Shown here one piece after another: positions 41,251 to 53,099 of a stretch of DNA of 64,000 bases. The notes beneath the pieces were generated by a model. That model was not told the origin of the DNA. It did not search any database and saw only the letters and a program-made list of their open reading frames with translations. Numbering within the stretch: position 1 is the first letter of the stretch; the number at the start of each line of letters is the position of its first letter. The translations under genes were made by a program, and so were the position numbers. Where the stretch lies: the NCBI GenBank assembly GCA_050084985.1, contig JBITNC010000001.1:153202001-153266000 (forward strand). Reading direction: 5' to 3'. The stretch is from Nageia nagi (taxonomy: Eukaryota; Plantae; Pinophyta).

Positions 41251-42439
41251 TGATGGGCCATCATTTTGTAATAACCCCATCACACTTACTTCTTGGATAA
41301 TCATGTATGAAAAAACTAATGATATTTTAAATGAAATCTAATGATTGGGTTGCTCTCATACTTTAGATTAATATTATTTTTGAGCATGTTATGAATTGTA
41401 GGTGTTATAACAAGTTGAGAAGTCACCAAAAAAGAAGATAGCTATGAGAACAATTTAAAAAGTCTCATATTATTGATTTTAAAGATAGTAACCCTTTAAT
41501 TAAAGATGACACTAACATTGTAGAAATTTATAGGGGCAAGAATGATTTTCAAGTAATAATGTGTGCAAGGATATTTTAGTGAATTTTAATTGACATCATT
41601 AATTAAATGGTTGTAAAAGAAAAATAAAATTTTCTTGATACCCTGAATTATTTTACAGCATGGTTATTTTTTTTTATTGAGTTAGTAGAAAAATGCTAAC
41701 CTTCAAGATAAGTTGGCTAAAAATAATTGACCTTTCCTAAACCTATATATTCCATCCTTTAATTTATTTTGGAACCTTGCATGAGGTGTCACTAAATTAT
41801 TGAGAACTATTTCAACTCTTTGGTATTAAAAAATTGTTGAACAAAATTCACCACAAAATGGGATCAATATGTCCCTCACAAAATAAAAGGTGATGAGATA
41901 TGCTATAGTTATTTTCATTTGGAACTATTATTCCAATATTTCCTATAAATTCCTATTGAGGTTTAAATAAAATATATCATTCTCATCATCTAGCTTGATC
42001 TTAAGTACCGTATAAGGAGGACCTCCCACTTTCTCTCACTTTCTTTCCAATTTTTAAATAAGGTACTCTCTTTCATTTTGGCATTTAATTGCTAAAATTT
42101 ATAGTTTTATATCATTACTAATTTACCATTAATTTGTTATAAATTATGGATTATAATTAGTTTCATGAAAGGTGTTTGTACATCTTTATTCCTATGTATA
42201 TCTTTTTTAAATGATTATATAGAATGATATTGGTAAAACAATATTAATTTAAGGGATTTAATATTATTATGATAATATAAAAGAGTCATGGGTAATTTTG
42301 GGTGGTGTGTGATTGACATAAAACTCTCCTTTTTATTAGAAGGTTTCTAGCTAAGGAACTTCCCCCCCTACCAATCATTTGTGGCTTCTGACATTCTAAC
42401 ACACAAGTCAAGAATTTTTGTGGGCCCCATCTACTTTTC

Positions 42440-42930
42440 GATGATCATACGTGCATATTCATAAAACTAATATGTATGAGTAAATATTTTAAAAAAAACT
42501 TGGTCATATATTTGCGATGCTAAAACTACATATTGGTTTTGTGAATATACATGTTAATTTTTCAAATCCATATATATTCTCAAAAATAATGCTACATTTT
42601 AGTTTCATAAGTATGTAGCATAGTTTTTACCAATAACTATAGGTTTACAAATTCATGAAACCAATCTTCCATGTTATTTTCATGAATATATTAACCTAAT
42701 TTTAAAAACTTAAAAACTTTACAGTATAATTGATAAAATAACATATCATATTTGCAAAACTAATATATTTTATTAGTTTCTTGAATATGTAAACCTAAGT
42801 TTAAAAAAAAAAATCTACCACATATTCATGAAACTAAAATGTAGCATTAGTTTCATGAATATGTAAAGTAAACAAATTGCAATGTATATTCATGAAATTA
42901 AAATGCAATATATAAGTATCACAAATCAAT
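42440..42930. repeat. Cluster of direct and inverted CATATTCATGAAACTA motifs (foldback / subterminal-repeat-like)
   Basis: Perfect 16-bp inverted repeat at 42821-42836 / 42848-42863, plus many degenerate copies in both orientations. Confidence 0.7.
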
Positions 42931-44680
42931 AGACCAAAATTTAAAAAAAAAGAAAGTGGATCATGCTTCCTAACACTACCAAATTTCTCAACATCTAGTA
43001 TGTTCAATTAGTGTAGGATGGTAAGCTCATTTAAAACCATGCATAACCTTCAAAACCCTAGCCCATTCTCCCATTCCACAAATTTGATCCTGAAACCCCA
43101 ACTAATGAAGCTCTATAGAACTGTCTTGTTGTAGTATTTCCTACTTTAAAATTTGCTTGAGCTATAAAAAGTAAGCATTGAAAACTCTTTTTTTAATACT
43201 TGTATGAATTATAGTTGATAAATTTACATTTGCACCATGATTCTTATAAAAGAAAAATTATATTTTGCATGCATGTTTACCAAGATACTAAAAACCTTTT
43301 ACCTTGGCACTGAAAAACCCTAGAATAATATTTCCTACAACTAATTTGCCTAAGATGTGAAGGTAAGCAATGAAAACTCTTTTTAATCTATTTGCATGGT
43401 TTATAGTTGATGAAATTTCATTTGCACAATATATCCATCTTTTATAAATATTTTCTTGATATTTTACATACATGTATACCATGGGTATTTTAAATATGTC
43501 TATACCTTCTTCTAGATATATGTTTTGCATACATATAATGTTTCTTTACAAACATGAAAAATTAACTTAATTCAATTATACATTCATTCACAAATTAAAG
43601 CACAAGAGTAAGTGCTCATTCACCATCTAATAATACTCTCAATATTGAAATATTATAATTCTAACCAGATCTGATATATAGTAGTGAGGAATCTCATAGA
43701 TCATGCAAAAACAACCAAACTAGGGCATAATTACATATCTATAACATAACAATAATATACCTTCAAAATTCTCTAATATGTATATATTCCATGCACAATA
43801 AATAATAATAATACAACAATAATAAAGGAACATTCATTCACATTTGAAGAGTGATATGAGAGCCTAATATCAATAATAATGATTAAGAATAAGTATAAGG
43901 TTGTAACAAGCCTATAGCAAGTTCTAAAGAGAAACCCAACACTCCAAAATATATAACAAAGACTCTAATAGTTATTGCAAGCTACCAAGTAGCAAGAATG
44001 ACTTGTGTAAGTCTTCGAATGGATCTTAAGGTCTAGCACTAGGAATGGAAGGTCCTCTAAAGATGGTGTAAGCTCTCCAAGTGAATGCATATGCAAATAG
44101 GCCATATCTAGGCTAGGAAGCAATCGTAGTGCTTAGAAGGAAGAAAGGGGAGCAACCTCAACTCCAAGATTATATGAGATCAAATGTAGTAATGATGATG
44201 CTTAAGTGATTAATATCTCCTCCTTCTATAGGTACCTTTACCTTGAAATTACCAATAATTAAACTCCTATCCAACTTGGAATAAAATAACTTTATCATAG
44301 TTGATTTTTCTCTAGATGTGATAATAGAATCTTGGTTTCATGGGAAAACTTTAAAAGTCATTATCTTCCTTGTTTCTTGATGGAAAAATATCATGTAACC
44401 TACCAAAATGGTTGGTAGAATATTCTCCATCTATTCTAAAAGATAAATTGGTGATCCAAAACTTGTGATAAAATTTATTCCTTCTAGAAAGTTTCCCAAA
44501 ATTAGGGACATTATAAGTCTACCCTCCTCACATTGCTTGTCCTTAAGCAATGGCAACACACATCTTGTTGTCACCAAGCTGAACCTAATTGTAATGACCC
44601 AAATGGATCTTAAAGAATATTCATCATGTTGTTATTATGCTACTTTTATTGAAACTCTATTATGCCAAGGAAGTACTTCA

Positions 44681-45217
44681 TTTTTTTTAGAATTGTGAAA
44701 AAAATATATGTACACAATCTACATACAATTCTTCACAAGTTAACAAAATTAAAAATGATATGTTTAGGTCAAGTTTTGCTTGTTAGACATGAGGACTCTT
44801 CAAAATAATAATCAAGGCTATTAACAAATAAAATATTCATAAAAAAATTCAAAAAAAATATCCTCCATAATCTTTAGTGTCTTAGGAATCTTCACCCAAA
44901 ATGATTAAAAAAATAGTTTAATTTATGTCCAATTATGCTTGTCGAATAAGCTAGGATATGGTCTTGAAACTATATTTTTTAAACATTATCTTTTAAACAT
45001 GCCTATCAAATATTAATTTCTATCATTTGGGTATTAAAATAAATTACATATTTGAAAATTAGACTTTTAGAACTACATTTTTACCCAAGTTACCTTTTTC
45101 AAGACTCGAACTCTAAATGCTTCAAAGTTTGAGATGAAGTGTGATCAAACCTAAAAATTAGGGAAAGCAATTCCACTTTTTGGCTAAAAGTGGGACTTAT
45201 CTTCTTGTACTTACCCA
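44681..45217 (-). mobile_element. Truncated inverted second copy of the 8309-9211 MITE-like element
   Basis: Reverse complement GGGTAAGTACAAGAAGATAAGTCCCACTTTTAGCCAAAAAGTGG... aligns with 8309 onward. Confidence 0.8.
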
Positions 45218-45221
45218 AGAG

Positions 45222-47160
45222 GGCAAGTTGGATTCAGGAGGGATTACTATACTATAAATCATATCTTCAACTTTTGAGCTATTCTTAAGGAGGTTTACCA
45301 GAGATCCTCCAAGGTCATTTATTGCTTTCTTGATTTTAGGAAAGCCTTTGATATTGTTCCATGACACTTACTTTTTTAGATGTTACATACTATTGTTATC
45401 TCTGACACATTTGTTACTACCATCATGAGGTTTTATGAGATAGTTGTTGGTCAATTCTAAATTATGAATGATTTTAAAGCATGATCACTAGTACTATTGG
45501 AGTTAAGCAAAGGTGTTCCCTTTCACCACTCTCTTTGGCATTTATATTAATGACCTTGAGGACTTTCTTTGACTACACACTCACATAGAAAATAAGTATT
45601 TGCTTCATCATATCCAAATTGTTATACTTCTATTAGAGACAATTAGATGCACTTTGTAATTTCTATGACAAAAAATATCTTAGAGTTAATCTCAGTAAAA
45701 CCAAGGTCATGATCTTGAATACCTCTAGACCCACTCTCTCTAGATACCATTTTTGCTATAAAGGTGAGACAATTGTTATCTCCCCTACTTACACCTACCT
45801 AGATGTTCAATTTTTGGGGCCATCTTTTAACTTGAAAGTAACCTCACAATCATGTATTTGTAAAGGATACACTTCACTTTTTATTCTAGAATGTTAGTGC
45901 TTCCGAATTCATTTTCAAGATATCCCTTCCAAGAAATTTCTCTTTGATACCCTTATTAAGCCCACAATTCTTTATGGGTTAGAGTTTTGGGGCCCTAGTT
46001 CTTGACGCATTGAGTGGTCACATATTGAGAAGGTTCAGACCATCATGCTTTAGTGGATGATCCATTTTAAGTGAGATATACCACAATACATTGTACAAAG
46101 TGAATTCACCACATAGCCACTCCATCTTGAGAGCATATTCAGGCTCACATCCTTTCTATATAAAATCTGATAATTTGGTCACTCAGTCATGGCCCAGTAG
46201 AGGTATCCATATCTTTTTTTATGTTCTTCAAAGAGGCTTGCATCATTAGGCTTCATTGGGCGTAGGTGTTATTGGTATTCTAAAGCCAATTCACTTCTTC
46301 AATCCATGGGTATCTTTATTGATCGACCTCTATCTTTCAACATTTCATTGACTACTCCTTGTCATCTTCTATTTTCAAAAGCATGGCTTCATAGATCTAT
46401 TAGAGCAAAGATTTATCGTCGTTACATTCAGGTTACTTAGGTCACCCCTCTACAACCTCTCAACCCTAAACTAGTTTTCTATGTAGAGAACTTCTTGTAG
46501 ATCACTAATGACACCATTGTTATGACCACTTACCTCTTGCACTAGTGGTCTCCCAGCCTAAGAATTTCTCTTGGCCAATTTCAAGTTTTTTCAAATCATC
46601 TTCATGTCAAGATGGATCACCACATTCCACAACCATAGAGAACTTGGTGGAGAACGAAGAGTACTTGATCTTTATATGTCCTATCTACTACAAGATTTGA
46701 GGATGTTATTATTGCTTGTATAGGAAGTCCATAGGCTTCCTATCCATATTTTTCCTTTATTATCCTAATTAGAGATGCCTAGGATTATTCTTGCAAGAGA
46801 TCACCTTCTTCAGCTGGTATCTTTAGAGTGATTTACACAAACCCCTCATACCACTAGATTAATTAGATCTTTCTTATATATTGTTTCAGATCCCATTGTT
46901 AGAAAACAACATTCAGACAATCCTATTTGGCATACCTATAGTCTCAGGTCATCGAGATCCAATCACAGTTTGGATACCAACTAGTTTTCTTTTCTCAAAG
47001 AGTGATCCCTCTTCTAGCTTGAAACACTCTTGATAATGCAGTTTTATCATTTAGTTTTCTTTTGTGAATCTTAAGGTTCTCAACCTTAATGCTTTATATC
47101 ATTCAACTATATTTTTGGTCACTAGTAGACAGCAAAATATATTTCTATTTCTATTTCTTT
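45222..47160 (+). mobile_element. Decayed non-L1 LINE (RTE-X/CR1-group-like): RT, Cys-rich C-terminus and TTCTAT microsatellite tail
   Basis: QVGFRRDYYTINHIF, CFLDFRKAFDIVP, GVKQRCSLSP, LRVNLSKTKVMI and YTYLDVQF; C-terminal LGQFQVFSNHLHV..EEYLIFICPIYYKI; ends ATTTCTATTTCTATTTC at 47141-47157. Confidence 0.75.
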
Positions 47161-47574
47161 GGCATTAAGAAAGATTACAAAATTCATTGTTTATGCTAGT
47201 TCGTTTGTACTGCTTATGTATTCACATAAAGTCCTTCCAGTCATCGCACATATATCGTGATTCAATTCATTAAAAAACTGGCAATTCAAGAGGGTTGCTG
47301 AATGTCAAGTTGATAAGATGTAATCCTTTTTGGTTGGGAAGCTCCATACATAGCTGTTTTCAACAAGAATTGGATCACGGGTGAATGATTTTAATCCCCA
47401 GGAGTAAAATTACAGTTCAAGCACCACAACTGCAAAAAGACAAACATCATTACAAATGTGAAAATTAGAGGCAATTCAATATAGGAAAAATATACTGTTG
47501 AATACATTACGTACAGTCTTAGTTGGATTGGACCAGTATTCTTGGACTCTCCCTAGAGAGTTGTCTCTTGATAA

Positions 47575-48248
47575 TGTTAGAATCTCTCCTGTACAGCGGA
47601 AGCAAAAACAAAGATACAAGAGAGATAGAGTGCAGTAAATAAAGATAGAACACAGTAAAGTACTTTATTTTTAATTTCTGAAACTTGCGAAAAAAGAAAT
47701 ACAGAGTACAGTAACAGATCACAATCTACAATTTGAATTGCCTACTATTCTTAGCTCTGCAAACTACCTATTTAAAACAAAATGCCCATGATGTGGCTAC
47801 AGGAGAAGAATCCACGATTTGTTACACAATCATGCCATCCACATTAATTTCTTCCCGTTAGATCATTAAGCTGGTGTAACAGAACTGCAGTTCATGGTGG
47901 GAAGATTGCCGCTCTTATTTAAAATTTAAATCTACTTAATAGACAAGGAGGTGGGTGACGTCATACAAAGAGAAAGAACAGCACAAATCGGAGAATGGAA
48001 GAGGTGACGTGAGCTAGAGAGGGTTCCGGGGTCCGAAGAGAGGTGACGTGAGCTAGAGAGGGTTCCGGGGTCTGGAGAGAGGTGACATGAGCTAGAGAGG
48101 GTTCCGGGGTCCAGAGAGAGGTGACGTGAGCTAGAGAGGGTTCCGGGGTCCGGAGAGGTGAAGATAGATAGAAAGAGATTCCGGGGTCCGGAGGATGGAT
48201 TTCATACGACAAGCATTCCGGACTCCATTGAGATTATTATTTTCAACA
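47575..48248 (-). repeat. 3' LTR of the copia element
   Basis: TGTTAG...TCAACA; about 12 transitions and 2 single-base indels versus 52426-53099 (counted by eye). Confidence 0.97.
48001..48160. repeat. Four 39-bp tandem repeats with TGACGT boxes in the LTR U3 (also at ~52852-53011)
   Basis: Unit GAGGTGACGTGAGCTAGAGAGGGTTCCGGGGTCCGGAGA; an adjacent palindrome TGACGTCA lies at ~47956-47963. Confidence 0.92.
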
Positions 48249-51200
48249 CTGCCCCTTAATCTCAACGGGAGCATCTTCTCCATTATCAGTGATCCCAAGA
48301 TTTTCCCTTTGCTGCATGAAAGTTCTCGATCCTAGTGGTTTGGTGAAGATGTCCACGAACTGCTCAGTTGTCTTGCAATGTTCTAAGACAATCTCTCCGG
48401 CATTAATCAATTCTCTGATATAATGGTACCAGGTGTCTATATGTTTGGTTCTTTTGTGAAACACTACGTTCTTGGATAAGGCGATGGCAGAACTATTATC
48501 ACACAATAGTTTTGTTGCCTCCTGTTGTTCATGCCCCAGATCCTTTAATATTCTTCGCATCCAGATGGCTTGACAAGTTACTGTTGTTGCCACGATGTAC
48601 TCTGCTTCTGCTGAGGATAGAGATACAATGGGCTACTTCTTTGATGCCCATGACACGACTCCTGATCCCAGATGAAAAACATATCCGGAGGTGCTCTTCC
48701 TGTCATCTGTGCTTCCTGCCCAATCACTGTCAGTATATCCAGTCAGTTTGAAATCCTCATATTTCTTATATATGATGCCATATCCAATTGTGCCTTGGAC
48801 ATATCTCAAAATTCTTTTGGCTGCTTGCAAGTGCGTTGATTTGGGATTCTCCATGAACCTAGAGATCAAACTCACAGCATACACTATATCTGGGCGTGTA
48901 GCTGTCAAATACATCAGGCTTCCTGCTATGCTTTTATACAAGGTGGGATTCACACTTTTAGTCCAGTCTTCTTTTCTCAGCTTGATGCCCATAGCAACAG
49001 GCGTTGGGGTTGACTTGCAGGTCTCCATTTGGAACCTCTTCAGTATATTTGTTGCATACTTTGATTGAGATATAAATATCCCATGCTCTAACTGTTGTAC
49101 TTCAATTCCAAGGAAGTATCTTAACAAACCCAAGTCTGTCATCTCAAATTCCTCCTTCATCTCCTTTTTGAAGTTATTAACAATTTCTTCATTACTGCCC
49201 AAAAAAAGTAAGTCATCTACATACAGTACAACAATCAAAATCATACCTTTGTTCTCCTTGATGTACAGTGTGGGCTCTCCATCACACTTGCAAAAATTCT
49301 TGTTTATGAAGTATGAATCAATCCGGCTGTACCAAGCTCTTGGTGCCTGCTTCAATCCATAAAGTGCCTTTTTCAACCGATAGACCTTGCTTTCTTTTCC
49401 TTTTGTTTCATACCCAGATGGCTGCTCCACATAAACTTCTTCATTCAACACCCCATTCAGAAATGCTGACTTTACGTCCATTTGATGGACCTTCAACTTG
49501 TACTGGGCTGCTATGGCTAAGACTACCCGCACAGTTTCCATTCTTGCAACTGGTGCAAAGGTTTCCTCATAGTCAATGCCGTATTTTTGTTTGTAGCCTT
49601 TTACCACCAGTATGGCCTTATATTTGTCTACATTTCCTTCCACATTTCTTTTGGTCTTTAGACCCACTTTACCCCAATGCAGTCCTTGCTATCTGGAAGA
49701 TCTGTGAGTTCCCATGTCTCATTCCTTTCAATGGCATTTATCTCTTCATCCATTGCCTTAATCCATTTTTCTTCTTTCACAGCTTCTTCAAAGTGAACTG
49801 GATCTCCTGTAGGTGAAAATAAACTAAACAAAGCAGTTGAACCTTCACCTTGCTCTTGCTGGTACACCTCAGTTAAGCTTTTATATTTTTGCCTTCTCAG
49901 TGGTGCAACTGAGGTTTCACTTGTGGAAGTGCTGGATGCTTGTCCTTCACTGGAATTGTCTCCTCCGAGGATTGCTGCCCCTTGCTGATTTTGGTTCTGG
50001 ACTGGAGGAGTGTATACTGTAACACCTTCTTCATCATCCTGACCAATTCCCACAACATTGACTGTTCTTTGAACACTACCATCCCATGCTTCTTCTTCAG
50101 CAAATTTCACATCTCTGCTGGTAACTACTTTCTTTGTAACAGGATTGTACAAGTGATAAGCTTTGGACTGATTGCTATATCCAATAAAAATAGCTTTTTC
50201 AAACTTATGGTCCAATTTATTTCTTAATTTGTCTGGGACATGTGCATAGGCTACACATCCGAAAACTCTAATGTGAGATACATCAGCTTTTCTCCCAGTC
50301 CATGCCTCTTCCGGCACCATATTTTCCACGCTCTTGGTTGGACATCTATTCAGAATGTGAACAGCATATTTTACTACTGCACCCCAATACTCATTTGGCA
50401 AATTCTTTGCCTTGAACATGCTTCTGGCCATCTCCATGATGGTTCTATTCTTTCTCTCAGCAACTCCGTTCTGCTGAGGTGTATACCGGGCGGTGTACTA
50501 CTGGTGAATTCCATTATTTTTGCAGAAGTCTTGGAATTCCCGTGACATGTATTCGTCTCCTCTATCACTCCTCAGTGTTTTGATGACATAGCCACTCTGT
50601 TTTTCTGCCATAGCTTTAAATTGTGTGAAGTACTCAAACACCTCATCTTTGGTCTTCAACAGATACACCCAAGTCTTTCGAGTGAAGTCATCAATAAAGG
50701 ATAGAAAATAGTTTGCACCGTGGATTGATGGCGATTGCATTTTTCCACACAAATCCGAGTGGATAATCTCCAGTGGTGCTTGCGCTCTCACAGTTACACC
50801 TACCGGGAATGCATCTCTGTGTTGCTTACCCATTATGCAGCCTTCACATATTTTGCTGGACTTTTCAATAGCTGGCAATCCAAGCACCATTCCTCTCTTC
50901 TGTAATAGATTTAATGATTCAAAATTCAAATGACCCATTCTCAAGTGTCATAACCAATTTACATCCTTTTCTTCTGCTTGCAAGATGACCTGAGTAGTTG
51001 CTTTCAGACTGTGATTTTTGTCATGTTCAATCTTTAAGGGAAACATCCTGTTTCCTGTCATATCAATTCTAGCTATACACTTCTTGCTAGGACTCCTATC
51101 CAAGATAGTACAAATGTTTTTCTTGAAATCTACAATATAACCTTTACCCACCATTTGACCTATGCTCATCAGGTTATGTTTCAAACCTGGAACATAAAAT

Positions 51201-52349
51201 ACATCACTAATGTACTTCTTTTCTCCATTTTTGGTTAGTACACTGATACTACCTTTTCCTTCAACAGAAACTTTATTATCATTCCCTAGTGTCACATCTG
51301 ACTTAACATTATTATCAAGACTGATAAATAATTCCTTATCTCCAGTCATATGATTACTGCATCCTGAGTCTAGATACCAAACATCCTTTTTATTTTCTAT
51401 TACAGCATTACAGGCTAAGAACAATTGATCTTCAGATTCTTCCTCATTCTCACTCTCCACAGTGTAGTTTGCATTAGACCTTCTATGATCTCTTTCTTTT
51501 TTTCTACACTCATTTGCATAATGACCATATTTCTTGCAGTAATAACATTCAACATCAGATTTATCATACCTTTGTTCTTGAGCTTGTTCTTGGTTTGGCC
51601 TCGATCTTTCGTTCTGCTGACTTTGTTGACCTTGGCCTCTTTCAGGATTTCTACCTCTGCCCTTCGAGACCTTCCTCTGCCTCGTCCTCTTCCGGAATCC
51701 ATAGTAACTTGTGTCTTGAAAGCGTTCTCCAGGGAATCACTATCAGACCTTCTCAGTCGATGCTCATGAGAAATCAGTGAAGCTTGCAACTCATCAACAA
51801 AATAATGAGTCAAGTCCTTGGTTTCTTCAATGGTGACTACCAAAGAATCAAATCTGGATGGCAGACTCCTTAGAATTTTCTCAACCACCCTTTTGTCAGG
51901 AACGTCCTCACCATGGGACTTCATCTGATTCACCATACCCACAACAAATGTCATGAAAGAATCCACTGTATGTGAATCCTTCATTTGCAGAGTTTCAAAC
52001 TCTCTTCTCAGCAATTGTAGTTTTGCAATCTTGACCTTTGCCATACCTTGATAGACAGTCTCAAGTATATCCCAGGCTGACTTCGACTTTGTGCAGGCCT
52101 GAATCCTTGGAAATATACTCGGCTCCACTCCTAGAAAAATCAAGTTTAATGCCTTGGCATTCTTTATTTTATTCTCCTTCAGCAAGGCTTTTTGTGCATT
52201 AGTCAATGCATTCTGTGCCGCTTCATCTGCAGGCTCTGAAAATCCATTCCCAACCACTTCCCATACATCTTGAGACATGAATAGGGTCTTCATCAGAATA
52301 GACCAGTATTCATAATTTTTTCCATCAAATTTCGGCATTTGTGGCATCA
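48243..52349 (-). pseudogene. Copia gag-pol polyprotein with 3 premature stops and 2 frameshifts
   Basis: gag (NYEYWSILMK; CYYCKKYGHYANEC), protease WYLDSGCSNHM, integrase (HSDLCG, RSDRG), RT (QMDVKSAFLNG, LYVDDL) and RNase H (YTDSDWAG, TKHID). Stops at 50948, 50498 and 48633; frameshifts near 51660 and 49670. Confidence 0.95.
48249..48266 (-). promoter_or_regulatory. Polypurine tract of the copia element
   Basis: Minus strand GAGATTAAGGGGCAG immediately precedes the 3' LTR TGTTG. Confidence 0.85.
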
Positions 52350-52412
52350 TGGAAGATACATTAGTGCTTGCTTGAGCATTCTTCTGCAATTTTGGCGTCT
52401 AAGCTGTAAACC

Positions 52413-52424
52413 GCCCTGATACCA
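52413..52424 (-). promoter_or_regulatory. Primer-binding site (initiator tRNA-Met)
   Basis: TGGTATCAGGGC, one mismatch to the canonical TGGTATCAGAGC, 1 nt after the 5' LTR. Confidence 0.92.
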
Positions 52425-52425
52425 C

Positions 52426-53099
52426 TGTTAGAATCTCTCCTGTACAACGGAAGCAAAAACAAAGATACAAGAGAGATAGAGTGCAGTAAATAAAGACAAA
52501 ACACAGTAAAGTACTTTATTTTTAATTTCTGAAACTTGTGAAAAAAGAAATACAGAGTACAGTAACAGATCACAATCTACAATTTGAATTGCCTACTATT
52601 CTTAGCTCTGCAAACTACCTATTTAAAACAAAATGCCCATGATGTGGCTACAGGAGAAGAATCCGCGATTTGTTACACAATCATGCCATCCACATTAATT
52701 TCTTCCCGTTAGATCATTAAGCTGGTGTAACAGAACTGCAGTTCATGGTGGGAAGATTGCCGCTCTTATTTAAAATTTAAATCTACTTAATAGACAAGGA
52801 GGTGGGTGACGTCATACAAAGAGAAAGAACAGCACAAATCGGAGAATGGAAGAGGTGACGTGAGCTAGAGAGGGTTTCGGGGTCCGGAGAGAGGGTGACG
52901 TGAGCTAGAGAGGGTTCCGGGGTCCGGAGAGAGGTGACGTGAGCTAGAGAGGGTTCCGGGTCCGGAGAGAGGTGACGTGAGCTAGAGAGGGTTCCGAGGT
53001 CCGGAGAGGTGAAGACAGATAGAAAGAGATTCCGGGGTCCGGAGGATGGATTTCATACGACAAGCATTCCGGACTCCATTGAGATTATTATTTTCAACA
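52426..53099 (-). repeat. 5' LTR of the copia element
   Basis: Near-identical to 47575-48248. Confidence 0.97.

Larger units (their letters stand above)
47575..53099 (-). mobile_element. Full-length Ty1/copia LTR retrotransposon (Ivana/Oryco-like), 5525 bp
   Basis: 674-bp LTRs; perfect TSD GATAA (47570-47574 and 53100-53104); tRNA-iMet PBS; PPT; gag-PR-IN-RT-RH order. Lineage is inferred from size and the gag N-terminus. Confidence 0.97.

Noticed and set aside
43672-44680. Possible solo LTR
   Set aside because: LTR-like composition, but no confirmable termini, TSD or second copy.
1256-47000. Numerous 60-100 aa Ile/Phe/Leu-rich ORFs
   Set aside because: Expected by chance in AT-rich decayed TE DNA; those with real motifs are already assigned to TE domains.
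47961-48212. 83-aa ORF with LRTPEPSLAHVTS repeats
   Set aside because: It is a translation of the 39-bp U3 repeats; the other LTR has indels that shift the frame.
48512-51780. Several plus-strand ORFs of 60-170 aa
   Set aside because: Antisense shadows of the copia gag-pol with no independent motifs.
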